Shown: positions 38,530-50,970 of the stretch, piece by piece
How positions within the stretch are numbered: the first letter of the stretch is position 1
How the letters are laid out: every line of letters starts with the position of its first letter
Assembly (NCBI GenBank): GCA_013265495.1
Contig: MU058645.1
Span: 620,001 to 684,000 of the forward strand
Length of the DNA stretch: 64,000 nt
Origin: Vicugna vicugna
Taxonomy: Eukaryota
Direction: 5' to 3'
Notes under the pieces: generated by a model
Database searches by the model: none
What the model saw: the letters and a program-made list of their open reading frames with translations, nothing else
What the model was told of the DNA's origin: nothing
Program-made: the position numbers and the translations under genes

Positions 38530-40119
38530 GTGAGTACAGTGATGGGGCAGGGGCTGTGGGCGCCTTACAGTCAAGGAGTTCAACTTCCCCGGTGCCAACC
38601 TCAACTTCCTTTCATTTGCTCCAATTTTCTGAGATTAAGTGAGTTTCCTACAGCATGGTCAAAGTTTTAAGCCCCCCTGTAGCTAAGTAATATGCCCAAT
38701 ATATGGTTTTTAGTCATTGGTTTAAAAAAGTTACTGACCGACTAATCCAGAAAAGTGTTCCAGACATTACTAACAGCCCAAATGACTTCACCAGATCAGA
38801 CGATGGATGTTTCCCAGTTCATGAAAGGCAGAACGAATGGTCTAGATTTTCCAAGGACAGGTCATTGATTCTTGGCTGTTCTAACCACCATCTTTGGTGG
38901 GACCGCCGTTTTGTGCCCATGACCCCTGCTTCTGGGTGAAATTTTCTCCTTTAGAACTGACAAGGGATGCGGTAAGGTACAACATCTCCCAGGCTAAAAA
39001 CGCATCATGAGCTTACTGTTTTCATGGGATCTCTGGTATCTCAGAATATTTCAATTAAAATTACACTGCTTGTTAACTTCCAGACTGAAAGTGGTTAAAG
39101 TGTCAATAAATAAGAAAAGATGAATCAAATGAATGGACACAGCTTTCTAAGGAATCTTCTTTGATCTGGAGATGCTTTCTAATTTCATGGAAACTGCTGT
39201 GCCCATGCCTGGGGTAGGCAAAGAAATGTCTTTCTACACCCCTCCAAGTCCTGGCCTTCTCTCTGCCCAGCTCCTAGGGCCCCTGAGACATCATACAGAC
39301 TGTGCCAAGCTTCCTTCTGAAGTAAGGTTTTCCCAACACAAAATTATTCACTTAGAGCCTCTAGTAACTTCTCCACAAGCAAAACAATTTAAAATTCTGT
39401 TCTGTTACCATGAGTGATCTTTTTAGGTATTGGGGAAAATATAATCCGTTTTTTCAACTCAATTCAAATAAAAGTTGAGACTCTACTTTTTACTGGCCTT
39501 CAAAATACAGAAAAGATGGGGGGGACATAAAATCAAGCTCATAAGAGCCTTTGGGGAGAATGAAGTGGGAGTGATGGACAAATAGAAGACAAGTATACAA
39601 AAAAGTGAGTGTCATAAGTTTTAAAAAATCGAATGGTGTTGAAAGGAGGAAAAGATCACAACACACACGGTGTTGAAAGAATGGAGAAGATTTATGGAGA
39701 GATGGCATCAGGAACGTATCTTGAAAGATGTGGAGGATTTTGAAATCTGACAAACTACATGAGGCAGACAATCCGAGCTAATGAGGCAACGTGAGGAAAG
39801 ACACAGCAAGCAAAGGCTCTGGGTGTGTTTTGGGTGTGCCGGCACTTGGGTCTGACCAAAGTCTAAGCCCAGAAAAAGAGAGTGAGTTTACTCCTGAAAC
39901 GGATAAGCCGTATCGCACAGGGTCCTTGCTGACAGTCTGCGGAGGTGAACCACACGGCGAGGAACAGGAGCCCCCGAAAGTCATTGGGCTTCTCCTGGAC
40001 GCTATGACTGCAAACGTGCTTTGAGAATAACAGTCGACAAAGTGTGAGGGAAAGGTTGGAGTTGAGACAGAGAGAAGACAATGTTACAAGCAGGGACTAT
40101 TAGAATAGAAATGGAGGTA

Positions 40120-40470
40120 TACCAGTTAGCTGTGGCCACAATAATGCAGCATGACAAACAAGCACAAAATTAACAACAGTGAACAGTGATAAGCCTTTAT
40201 TTAGGTCACAAATCGGCAGGGTGGCTGGGCGTCATCGGATCTGGGCTTCCACGTGGCTTGCCTCCCTCTCTGAAGACCCGTGGGCTAACCTACGCCAGGC
40301 TCCATTTGCCAAGGGCAGACGCACAGGAACAGACGCACGGAGCACAGTCACGACCATGTGAGCACGTGCCAAGCTCTGCGGAGTCAGACCCAGTTGTGTC
40401 CCAGTGGCTAAACAAGCCACCTGATCCAGCGTTCGGAGGGCAAGGATGTCTGCGTCTCCCATGAAAAGAG
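40120..40470 (-). mobile_element. Old MLT1 LTR
   Basis: tataccagttagctgtggccacaataatgcagcatgacaaac.. resembles the reverse-orientation MLT1 terminus. Confidence 0.6.
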
Positions 40471-41149
40471 CAGGAGACGGCGAAGCGTCTGGGTGATAGT
40501 CTAACTGACCTGAAGGGCATGAGGGTGACACTGGAAATGGTAAAGAGGAAGCACATGTGTGGAGTCTCACAGAGGTAAAACCTGAGAAAGTCGGCCGTCC
40601 CAATGGGCAGGATTAAATGATGGAGCAACAGCAAACTGCAGGCTTCAAACCTGGGAAGCTACGATGACAAGGCGGGCACTATCGCAAGTATTAAGAAATA
40701 AAATCGGGGGAGGAACGCAACGCTTCACTTCAGATGTGTTAAATTTATTTGTTTTATTTTTTATGGATGTGCTGGATATGAAGTGTCAGGAGACTGAGCA
40801 CAGATGTCCTGTTCCTGTAGAGCTGAAACCCAAACAAAAGACGTGTCAGGAGGGTCATCTGCAGAGAGGTTGGATTCAAGGACTGAATAAGATTTTCGAG
40901 AAGCACATCAGTCTTAGAAACAGAGAGGAAGGGTCCGAAGGCAAGGCCTCCGAGGGCCGCTCCCACCACTCAGTCGGACCCCAGCCAGCAGGCTGTCTCT
41001 GACGGCTCCTTCTCCTTACCGTCCACGTGCAGCCACTTTCAAGGTTCCAAGCACTCTTTTGCTGGAATGTCCATCAAACTTTTTCTCACATTCGTATTTC
41101 CATAGCCCTTTAATGGTTGATATGATAGTATTATATCTCATACTTGTAG

Positions 41150-41660
41150 GAAGCTTAAAATATAGATTTGGAGTTTAGAGAGTTTAAAGTAGAAAGAGCA
41201 AAGCTAGAGAGATAAAGGAGTTATCTGGACAGAGCTGGGAGAGTCAAAGTCCCAGGAAATGACTGGGATCACAAATAGAATAAATAATGGAATAAAGAAA
41301 CAAGAAACTCAGGGGCGTGAGTCACTACAATTCGGAGGGGCATAGAGGAATAGCACCAGCAAAGGAGATGACAGGCAGTCAGAGGAGATGGGGAGATGAG
41401 ACTCTATGGGCTCAAGACACTAACTGTCAAGAGAAACCTAAGATGCCGGGTTCCACATGTCAAATGTGACAGAGGAATAGAAGTTGGGGAGGTCTGGAGA
41501 AAAGATACGCGATGGCAAACAGGAAATCCTGAGGGTCTAGAGAGACTCGGTAAGATGAAGGGGAAGGCCAGCTACCAAGGAAGTGAGGCATAAATGGGAG
41601 TAAAGGGATATGGACCATGCTCCTGAGAAGTTTGATCTTAAGGCGAGAGGAGACCCAGAG
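41150..41660 (-). mobile_element. L2 LINE fragment
   Basis: tagatttggagtt...ggacagagctggga...aaatgtgacagaggaatag, purine-rich L2 pattern. Confidence 0.65.
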
Positions 41661-42364
41661 GGACCCAGAGGAAAGAAAGACAGAAAGCAGTAATCTGGGG
41701 AAGTTTCTGATTTTATTTGGATTATATTTTACAATTAAAATAATTCCATTATTCTCCAACATAATCTTTCCCTTTGAAGAAAATTCAGCTCTTGAGTTGA
41801 CTGTTGAAGTGTGGAGATTGGGGAGAACCATTTCAGTCCTTTTCCTCTGCCTCATTGTCCATGCTACCCCTCTTCACACATGCAGTCCCCTCCTTTCATC
41901 AGTTTACACCTCACTCACAAGGGCTGGAGATCTGGCTGGTTTTCCAAAGTAACCAAAACCCCAATCAAAAATTAATTTTTATTTGCTGTTTCCTTGGGGT
42001 TGAAAAGTGTTGTGATTCTATTATGCTGTGCTGCTAATTTTGCATTGTCCATATACCTTCAGGCACCAACTCCTACATAGTTCTTCGCTGAATCCCAGAG
42101 CAATTTTTCTTCTGATGAACAATGCAGGTACACAGATCAGGTGCCATAGGTTGTTAGGGGGACTCAAACGTATTGCTCTCCATTATATCTGAGTTTTAGG
42201 GGGACTGGCGAATATGCTCATCAAAAGCACAGAAGAGTGAAAGTTAAGTGTTTTTATTGAATGTATTATCAAACGCACCTGTTCAATAAGGCATGAAAGT
42301 TTCTTGCGGAAGGTGTCAATGATTAACAGATATGTCTACCTGAGCAGCCAGACTGGGCGGAAAA

Positions 42365-42392
42365 TGTGTGTGTGTGTGTGTGCGTGTGTGCG

Positions 42393-42428
<36 letters not shown>
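42365..42428. repeat. Compound (TG)/(CG) microsatellite with 64 bp of unbroken purine-pyrimidine alternation
   Basis: Read directly from sequence. Confidence 0.95.
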
Positions 42429-42957
42429 GCGTGGAGGGAGGGAATCTATCACTTTTAAAGTGGAACACTTCCTTCATTTCCTCCGTAACAGAGTCGATAA
42501 CCCCAGCTACCATTTTTGAGCATTTGCTTTGTGGCCCTTCACACAGATCATCTCACTGCTTTCTGGTAAAGTACTAATATTTTTGAGTCCCCAGAGCAAA
42601 CTGACCCTCTTCTCTGGAAACTGGTACTTTCATGGTGCCCCTCACCGTCCCACCTGCCTTTCTTCTCAGTATGTCTTTTCTAGAGCTGACTTAGAATGGG
42701 GCTTTCCATTTTCACCACTCCCTGTGCTTTTTTTTTTTTTTTTTGGTACAATCAGAGTTTATCCAAAAGACTTAAATCAGAGAATACTGGAGATGCCAAA
42801 GAACTCAGGAGCCTTTTACTCCTCCCCTTGTTTTATTAATAAAAGAACCGAGGCTCTTAGAGGCTGAGCTGTGGCGCTTAGGGGGCAGGAACTCCAGTTT
42901 CCTGCTCCAATGTAGCACCAGACACATGATCTCCATAGCGATTCTAACACCCCTTAC

Positions 42958-43033
42958 CTGCCACTGGTCCAGATCCCATCTGATTCTGAGTCTGCGGCCG
43001 GGCTTCCCAAAGCTGATGTCACCCTGCACAGGC
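42958..43033 (-). other. Candidate 76-nt exon
   Basis: Acceptor gatttgtttctgtactcag|GCC and donor CAG|gtaagg; two frames are open. Confidence 0.2.
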
Positions 43034-43278
43034 CTGAGTACAGAAACAAATCCAACACAAGAGCTGGCAGTTCTCAAGAACGAGTGATACAAACCTCCCT
43101 GTCCTCAGTACAGGGCCAGGAACGGTTTGCAAACCACTCCTCTGGCCTCGGTTTCCTAGGGCTGCTGCTGGGTTTCAGGAGCGCAAACAGGCCAGTCCAG
43201 ACACAGAGTCAGCACTGAGACGGCCTGAGACGGAACATGTTGTACAGCCCATAAACTCAACTAACTCTCTGCCGCCAG

Positions 43279-43323
43279 AGTTTCTACTGCCTGATGGAAA
43301 ATGAGAACTTTCCCAGCTGGAAG
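43279..43323 (+). other. Candidate 45-nt exon
   Basis: ctaactctctgccgccag|AGT...AAG|gtaagc with a branch-point-like CTAAC; phase 0 reads SFYCLMENENFPSWK. Confidence 0.2.
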
Positions 43324-45699
43324 GTAAGCCTAGCCGAGCTGCTTTCCTGGGGGTCTAGCCCCATAATTCCTCCAGTCCAGGAGGGTCTGCTAAGTATATT
43401 TATTCAAAATAGGAGCATTATTATGTTTTCACTTTCAAAATTTGAATATGATTTGATTTAAATATTAATATTTATGTACTTTTTTTCCTACTAAACATGC
43501 AATATAGCCGTCAACATTAAGACATCAGCTTAGTTCAGTGATGGACTCGAAATGTCCATGAAAATAAATATCCAAGTATTTCTTAAATATGTGTTTACAT
43601 AATGAGTTATTTAAATGTAAGGGATTATAACACAGGTAAACAGCTGCAGGTGGCATCTACGTCCAAAGCAAAAATGTCCACTGCTCCTTGTAACATGTGA
43701 TTCATAATTTAGCCACAACATATTCCTACGTTTATTACATAAAAACTATATTGTATAAAAGAACTATATACTCTACCCATAAGCATAATACACTTTTCAA
43801 AGCATTTAGATCTGCAAAATGAAGGAGTTACAATATAGCATGACAGTGTTGAAAGTTATTTTGTTAATTACATTTCTTCCCTGAACTACATAGCACGTAA
43901 CAACCAGGGGAATGTATTTGACAATCATCAAGAGCAATTCTATGACAAGTGATGTCACACTTTTTAGTAAATTCTGACAAATCACATACCGTGTAGTTTT
44001 TGTGTAGAAGTATTCAACATCGTATTTCAATTCTCAATAGCTGTGAAGTCTTTTTTAGCCAACCAATCAAAATATAAACTCTCAGAATATTTAACAAAAT
44101 CCAATTTGCAGAGCCAACTCCACGGTGTAGCCTAAAAGGAATTAGCTCATCCCTCTTCTATAGAGTCCAGTTTTTCCCCTACCCTTCTTTTTTCTCTAGT
44201 TTTTTTTTTCTGGAAGTGAAATGGGAAATGGATAAAGAGGCAAAGATAGTGAGAGTGAATGCTTTCTGCTTTTGATCAGCAGGAAAAGATAGAGGCAGAA
44301 AGGGGCAAGGTGAGGAGAAATTGGTAGCATTTCGCTGGGGTAGGACCAAATCTGTCAATCACATCTGCTCCACACTACCTACCACCCTAGGAAAACTGCT
44401 GTTTGGACACAAATGTCTAAACCCAGTTAAGCTCAGCACAAAGGGGTGACGCTGTGACTGCCGTGGATGATGGGATGTGGCAAACGTGTGGGCAGAGAAA
44501 AATATCTGGTATCCGCTGGTGGGCAGCTTCCCCTCCCCCTTCCCCTCGCTCGGGATGACCTGAAACAACCAAACTACTCACCAGAGCGTGGCATGACGCT
44601 TTTTCGCATCTGCTCAGGTCACCACATTCAACATTTCAAAAGCCAAAAGCAAATTAAAATTATAACTGGCCTTGAATTTGCTTTGTTACTTCCCAGTGCT
44701 CACCTTAATTAAGGGTCTGAGTTTTTTGAAAACTGATTTCTGTAAAGAACTTAAGAACCACAGTAGTGACTTCAGGTGAATGGAAGACAGCAGGACAGCA
44801 TCTATTACATGCTCCTGAGCATTTCATATGGTGCTCATGCCGCGTTAGGGGAGATGCGCCTTCCTGTGCAGGTGAAGGGTGAGCCTGGAAAACAGCTGCG
44901 CTAGACAAGACCCAAGGACCCGGTCAGTCAGGAGTTTAGGACGGTTTCCACCTAAACAATAGCAGAACAATGAAATTCCAATATTTGTAAACCCAAAACA
45001 CACACACCCAAACGTATATATGTGTGTGTTTATATGTTATATATGTGTATATGTACTATTTATATTATACTACTATATACAGTAGTATATAAGATGACAT
45101 ATAATATGCATAAATTCTTATATATATATATAAATGTGATTGACAGGGGTCCATTTGCTGTCTACAACTCTCAACTTTCAAGATGACTCTCTGAGACAAT
45201 GAAATCCCCTCCCACTGTGTAAACCCAGGTGTCTTCTCTGTAGTTACCTGAAGAGGAGATGTAATTACAGAGCCCACTCTCTTCCAATGGATTTAGCATC
45301 TCGATCACTCCACTGACCGACTGAAATAGATGAAAACAGGACTTTCATCGACATACATGATTTTTTTTCCCTGTAAGTTAAAATTGCAATGGCCTATCAT
45401 TTTCCTTCTTACATTTTTTAAGTAAAATTCAAGTTAGCAGTCAAAGACAAAATACAAGAGTGCACACAAAAGGGTTCAAAAACTTTCTGAAAGATTTTTA
45501 AGGAAAAAAAAATCAGGAAAAAAAACAAACAAGTGACTGTAAGAGCCACTCCTTCCAGCACTAGTGCGTAACAATATTTTCACAGCAAGCTCTTTCTATA
45601 GGAAGCTACAAGCTTCTGACAGGCCTGTTTGCACCAGGCTGTGTCTGAGGAAGTCGCCTGTCACATCTGAATGCGTTTATTTTGTTCTGGATCCATAAA

Positions 45700-46330
45700 C
45701 CCTGGAGAAGGTTCACTCTCTTTTTCATTGCAATTCTTCCCCAGTGGTTGTTTTTTTTCTTGCAAAGTAATTTCATAATGCAGATGGTATTGGCACTAAT
45801 ATATTAAAAGTTAAGTGTGTGTCAGCATCCCCAGATCAACCATCAGATGTTGCTATTAACATTGACATCAAGATCATTACGAAATCTCCATCATCTAAAT
45901 TAATTATCAGAATGGTATTGGCATGAAGACATAATGACATTATTCATGCAAATAATTAAAAATATGCTTCCTGAAAACAAATGATAATGATGGCATGAAA
46001 TGTCATTTCTGTGCCTTCTAGACAATCCGTAAGGCTTGGTTTTCGGCACCCTAGTCCTGGAGATGATCGTGAAGCAGGGGAACAGGATGAAGGCATGTTA
46101 TTTACATGATTAATGGATCTCCAAAATGGAGACTAAGAACAAGACAGCAATGGGCAGGATCATGGCGACGGCCAGGCAACCCTTTCATGGCCCCTCTTTA
46201 CTGTACAATTACCCCGGCAATTATTGTTGAAAAGAAGATAGCTTATTTTATTGTTGCCAATTTCACATCTCAAAGGATCTCTCCCATAAAAACGGTGCAG
46301 TTATTAAAACACTGATGTTATTCTAGAGCA
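45700..46330. promoter_or_regulatory. Candidate conserved non-coding element or enhancer
   Basis: Repeat-free and AT-rich, with P3 site TAATGACATTA (45932-45942), octamer ATGCAAAT (45946-45953) and many TAAT cores. Confidence 0.45.
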
Positions 46331-47495
46331 CAGTGGAAAAAAAATAATTAACCCGAGTTCTCACGGGTTATCTCTTGCCACCCCACAAAAATGTAATTAC
46401 TGCCCTTCGGAGAGCATAAGGAGAATTTGACTTTGGAGACTGGATATCTGCAGACTTTCTCAGCAAGAGCCACGGCAATGATGGGGATGAAGTTCCTCTG
46501 GGGGGGCAAGTGTCTAACCCTGTGGAATTAACAAGGTTAACAACAGAGCAGAATAGAGCAGAATACTTCATTCGGTGGGGGTTCCCATTAATGAATAATA
46601 CTCAAAACAGTGATGACATTGGCCGGGAGACTAAGTGAGCAGGACCAGTGGAACCATCCCCAAATAGCCTATTTGCACCTCTCCTCCCACAGCCAAATTT
46701 TCGAAACAATCTTTCGTCTACAGAAGAATTAGGATCTTGTCCAAATCCACTTATAATATGGGGCTCCAATTCAGGGAAAACAAGCGAAAATTCACAAGCA
46801 TGACTTGCAATTAAATCATACAAAAATCGGAGAGATTACTTTTGAAAACAGTTAGTGATGCTGCTGTCGACAGAATGAGTGGCAGTGGTGGATGGAGGAA
46901 AGGAAGTTGTAGCAGGTCCCTAGAAAGTTGCTTTGCTAGCAAATAGAAAGCTGTTGCTCGGTGGAGTTTGCTTAATGAGGCATCAAAACTTGCATCACTG
47001 CTTGGAAGCCCAGATCCTGCTATAGTTAATCTGAAAACACATCAGACGTGTACCCTTAACTTGCTGCTGTGTTAATAAGGCCTTGTCTTGGGGCATCTCA
47101 ACAATGTGTCATGCATTGTAAGTAAAGCATTTTTGTAAAGGTATTACTTGTACATAATTTACGTGAAATACTGCAATTCAAAAACAGCATACTTCATATG
47201 TCTTCATTGGAAAATATTTTTTTAGGTCTTCTGTCCATTTTTGGATTGGGTTGTTTGTTTTTTTGTTATTAAGTTGTATGAGCTGTTTACATATTCTGAA
47301 AATTAAGCCTTTGTTAGTCACATCATTTTCAAGTATTTTCTCCCATTCCTAAGACATTGCTAAAATTTATGTCAGAAAATGTTTTGCCTATGTTTTCTTC
47401 TAGGAGGTTTATAGTGTCTTGTCTTATGTTTAAGTCTTTAAGCCATTTTGAGTTTATTTTTGGTGTAAGGGAGTGTTCTAACTTCATTGATTTAT

Positions 47496-47822
47496 NNNNN
47501 NNNNNNNNNNNNNNNNNNNNNNNNNNNNNNNNNNNNNNNNNNNNNNNNNNNNNNNNNNNNNNNNNNNNNNNNNNNNNNNNNNNNNNNNNNNNNNNNNNNN
47601 NNNNNNNNNNNNNNNNNNNNNNNNNNNNNNNNNNNNNNNNNNNNNNNNNNNNNNNNNNNNNNNNNNNNNNNNNNNNNNNNNNNNNNNNNNNNNNNNNNNN
47701 NNNNNNNNNNNNNNNNNNNNNNNNNNNNNNNNNNNNNNNNNNNNNNNNNNNNNNNNNNNNNNNNNNNNNNNNNNNNNNNNNNNNNNNNNNNNNNNNNNNN
47801 NNNNNNNNNNNNNNNNNNNNNN
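47496..47822. other. Assembly gap (327 N)
   Basis: Run of N. Confidence 1.
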
Positions 47823-47856
47823 GAGGGAACTCTAATTCAAAAAAATACATGTACCC

Positions 47857-48107
47857 NNNNNNNNNNNNNNNNNNNNNNNNNNNNNNNNNNNNNNNNNNNN
47901 NNNNNNNNNNNNNNNNNNNNNNNNNNNNNNNNNNNNNNNNNNNNNNNNNNNNNNNNNNNNNNNNNNNNNNNNNNNNNNNNNNNNNNNNNNNNNNNNNNNN
48001 NNNNNNNNNNNNNNNNNNNNNNNNNNNNNNNNNNNNNNNNNNNNNNNNNNNNNNNNNNNNNNNNNNNNNNNNNNNNNNNNNNNNNNNNNNNNNNNNNNNN
48101 NNNNNNN
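47857..48107. other. Assembly gap (251 N)
   Basis: Run of N. Confidence 1.
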
Positions 48108-49399
48108 GTAACCCAGAAAAAGAAAGAAAAATACCCTATGAGATCACTCGTATGTGAAATCTAAAAAAAAAAAGACACGAATGAACTTATTTTCAAAACA
48201 GAAATAGACTCACAGATATAGAAAAAATTTATGGTTACTGGGGGAGGGGGTGGGAAAGGGTAAATTGGGAGTTCGAGGTTTGCAGATACTAACTACTATA
48301 TGTAAAATAAATAAACTATAAGTTTCTTCTGTATAACACAGGGAACTATATTAAATATCTTGTAGTAACCTATAATGAAAAAGAATATGAAAAAGAATCT
48401 GTGTATGTATATGTGTGATTGAAACATTATGCTGTACACCAGAAATTGACACAACATTGTAAACTGACTATACTTCAATTAAAAGAAATTTTTAAAATAT
48501 AAATAAATAAAAACAGCATGTTTTACAAAACAGAACCAAAAATAATTTGAATAAATACTTATCATGCTTTGTCTTTCAGGAGGACCATCTATAAACCCAC
48601 AACTGGGATTTACTTTGTCCATCAAACACAAATCTACCAAAGACTCCAAATGTGTCCTCAGGAAGATCCCGCCCATCTGGAGAGAAGAGGAATCTGCCAT
48701 TTCTTCAGATGGAGAGTCTCCTGGAGTCAGGAATGTTTTAATTTCCCAAATGCTTAATAAAGAACCACACACTGAATCTTGTTCAGAACTGGGGAGACTG
48801 GTCTTACATCACAGAAATTCACAACAGTCACATGAAGAAAACTCTAGAACCTTGAAAAAATAAAGTGTTAATTATGGTGGCACTTTTTAATTTAGAAGTA
48901 AGGATATCTTCCTCCAAGAATTACCTCTATCCAAAATTATTGTGCATGAAATCTTCCCTGAAAACATAAATATGCCCTATAAAATATAATCTTCCCAAAC
49001 TCCCTCCAACACTAATTGCCCTCTGTATTTTAAGAAAACCAGTTTTAAGATCATCTAGAAACCAAAAGAAAAAAAAAAGAAAGAAAAAAAAAGTAAAGAA
49101 AAAAGACACACATTGTCTTTCTTCTTAGTAGGTATTATTTCTAGTTTTAGCAAGAAGAATAAATAACATTATTATACCATGACCCTAAGTCCCCATAAAG
49201 GTCATCAGCCTTGACAATATTCCAGTTTTGGGGTCTTCCTGGTAAGGAAAGAATCACCCTTCCTCCTTCTGCTCCCTGTTTTGTCTGCAGGCAACCTGCA
49301 GAGGCAGAGTGACAAGTCTGTGATGACTGTGATCAGTGAACAGGCTTTGTCGTGATCACCTTCGCAAAGAGTAGGAGGATGGGGTGTAGCTGTGTTACC

Positions 49400-49800
49400 T
49401 GCTGGGCAGGCAGATGAGGAGATGGTGAAAACCGCATGAGAGAAGGGCCAGAGAGACCAAGACCAAGTCCAACAGGGACGTGGCAGAACCGCTCATATTC
49501 AGGTCAAACACCAGGGGCCCAGGGAGAGCAAATCTTCAGATGGGGCCCAGTTCTGAGAGCACGAGGTGCAGAGAATGGGACTCGGCAGACCAGAGAGTGC
49601 ACCGGAGCAAGAGAGGGAGGAGCAGATCCACACCCAGGTCCCCAGGGACCGGACAGATGGGAATCCAGCCGGGAGCCAACCCCTATTCAAAGAGGGTGCC
49701 AGTCCGGCCTGTGCCTTGGGATCAGGGCCAGGAACATAGATGCAGAAACTGGGATAAAAATGATGGGCAGCTTTTGGCCATCAGGGATGTAGAAAAATGA
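49400..49800. mobile_element. Possible ancient LTR remnant (Gypsy-like; family not determined)
   Basis: Purine-rich iterative gagaccaagaccaagtcc...caggtcaaacaccagggg pattern; resemblance only. Confidence 0.25.
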
Positions 49801-50840
49801 CGCAGACCAGAGGAGGGTCTTGAGTCCCTAAGGTGTCCACAGGCAGGCCCAAGGCCAAGTGCACTCACCATACTACATGCTGGGAAACAAGGAGGCAGAG
49901 ACGGCTGCTGGCCTGCCCTCCTCTAACTAGTCAGATCAAAGGAGCATCAAAGCCCACAGTGAGCAGCTTGTCTCCGGCTGTACCGAGCGCGGGGCCGGAG
50001 CAGGAACCTGAGCTGACACCTCTGGGTTTCTGTGACAAAACTCTACAGCCAGTTATCAAGCCTTCGCCATCTGCCTGCAAGGGGGGGGAGGGTGCCAATC
50101 TACAAACTGGCCTGCTATCTTAGAGCCGTGTACCCCCAGTGTGTGATGCCCCGCAAAGAGCAGAATGTGCACTTATCCCAACCAGCCAAGCCTTTTCTCT
50201 CCTATAAACATGTAGCTCCTTTCGAAACACCAAAATAAGTATTTACACTGAGCCCTGATTGAATGCACCCAGAGATGGTCTTCTTTCAAATCAACGAAAG
50301 CTTGATCTCATTCACTCCTGGCTTCTCTCTTTCCTCCAGTTAGCGCGGAGTCTGGGTGCAGAGCCTGGCTTGAAAGTTTTCTCAAGGATACTTCCTTCAC
50401 GTCACCAAATCCCTGTGATAAAAATACTTTTGGGGGGAAATTACCAGTATAATAACAATCACCCAAATTCCCATCAATTGGATTAATTAAGAGAGCACTG
50501 TCTTATTTACTGTAAGAATTTTCCTTCTATGTGTGTGCTTTAAAAAAATAACTGAGTGAGAGATTCACATAGCCTCCCAATCAAAATGAAAACGGCATTC
50601 CACGTAAAAGTGAACCCCTCTGGCTCTGCCCCAGTCCCACCCCTTTCCCTGTTTCCAGAGGAAAGAACCAAAGGCCTTAACAATGGCTCTTTCCAAATTT
50701 TCTGTAAACCCCTGAATTTAGGCAGATGCAAACCCAGATTTGGTCCTGCTGCAGCCAAACTGCTACACACTTGTCTTTGCCTTGCCCCTTTCTGCCTCAA
50801 CCTTTTACTTCCTCCAAAGATTATTATCCTCACTTGTCTT

Positions 50841-50970
50841 CTTTTTTCTAATTTTTGATTTGATTTCTTTCTTAATTTTATTTATTTGTTTTTAATGGCA
50901 GTACTGGGGATGGAGCCCAGGACCTCACGCATGCTAAGCACATGCTCTGCTACTGAGCTATACCCTCCCC
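50841..50970 (-). mobile_element. Vic-1-type camelid tRNA-derived SINE
   Basis: Reverse complement ggggagggtatagctcagtagcagagcatgtgcttagcatgcgtgaggtcctggg.. plus A tail; degenerate TSD ctcacttgtctt / ctcacttacctt. Confidence 0.92.

Larger units (their letters stand above)
47180..48519. mobile_element. L1 insertion with 5' inversion, flanked by an 11-bp TSD aaaaacagcat
   Basis: 47191-47495 is minus-strand L1 ORF2 ([35 protein letters not shown]); 47823-48508 is plus-strand ORF2 end and 3' UTR with tail. TSD copies at 47180-47190 and 48509-48519. Confidence 0.8.

Noticed and set aside
46560-46830. Processed pseudogene
   Set aside because: Translations on both strands match nothing I recognise, and there is no poly(A) tail or TSD.
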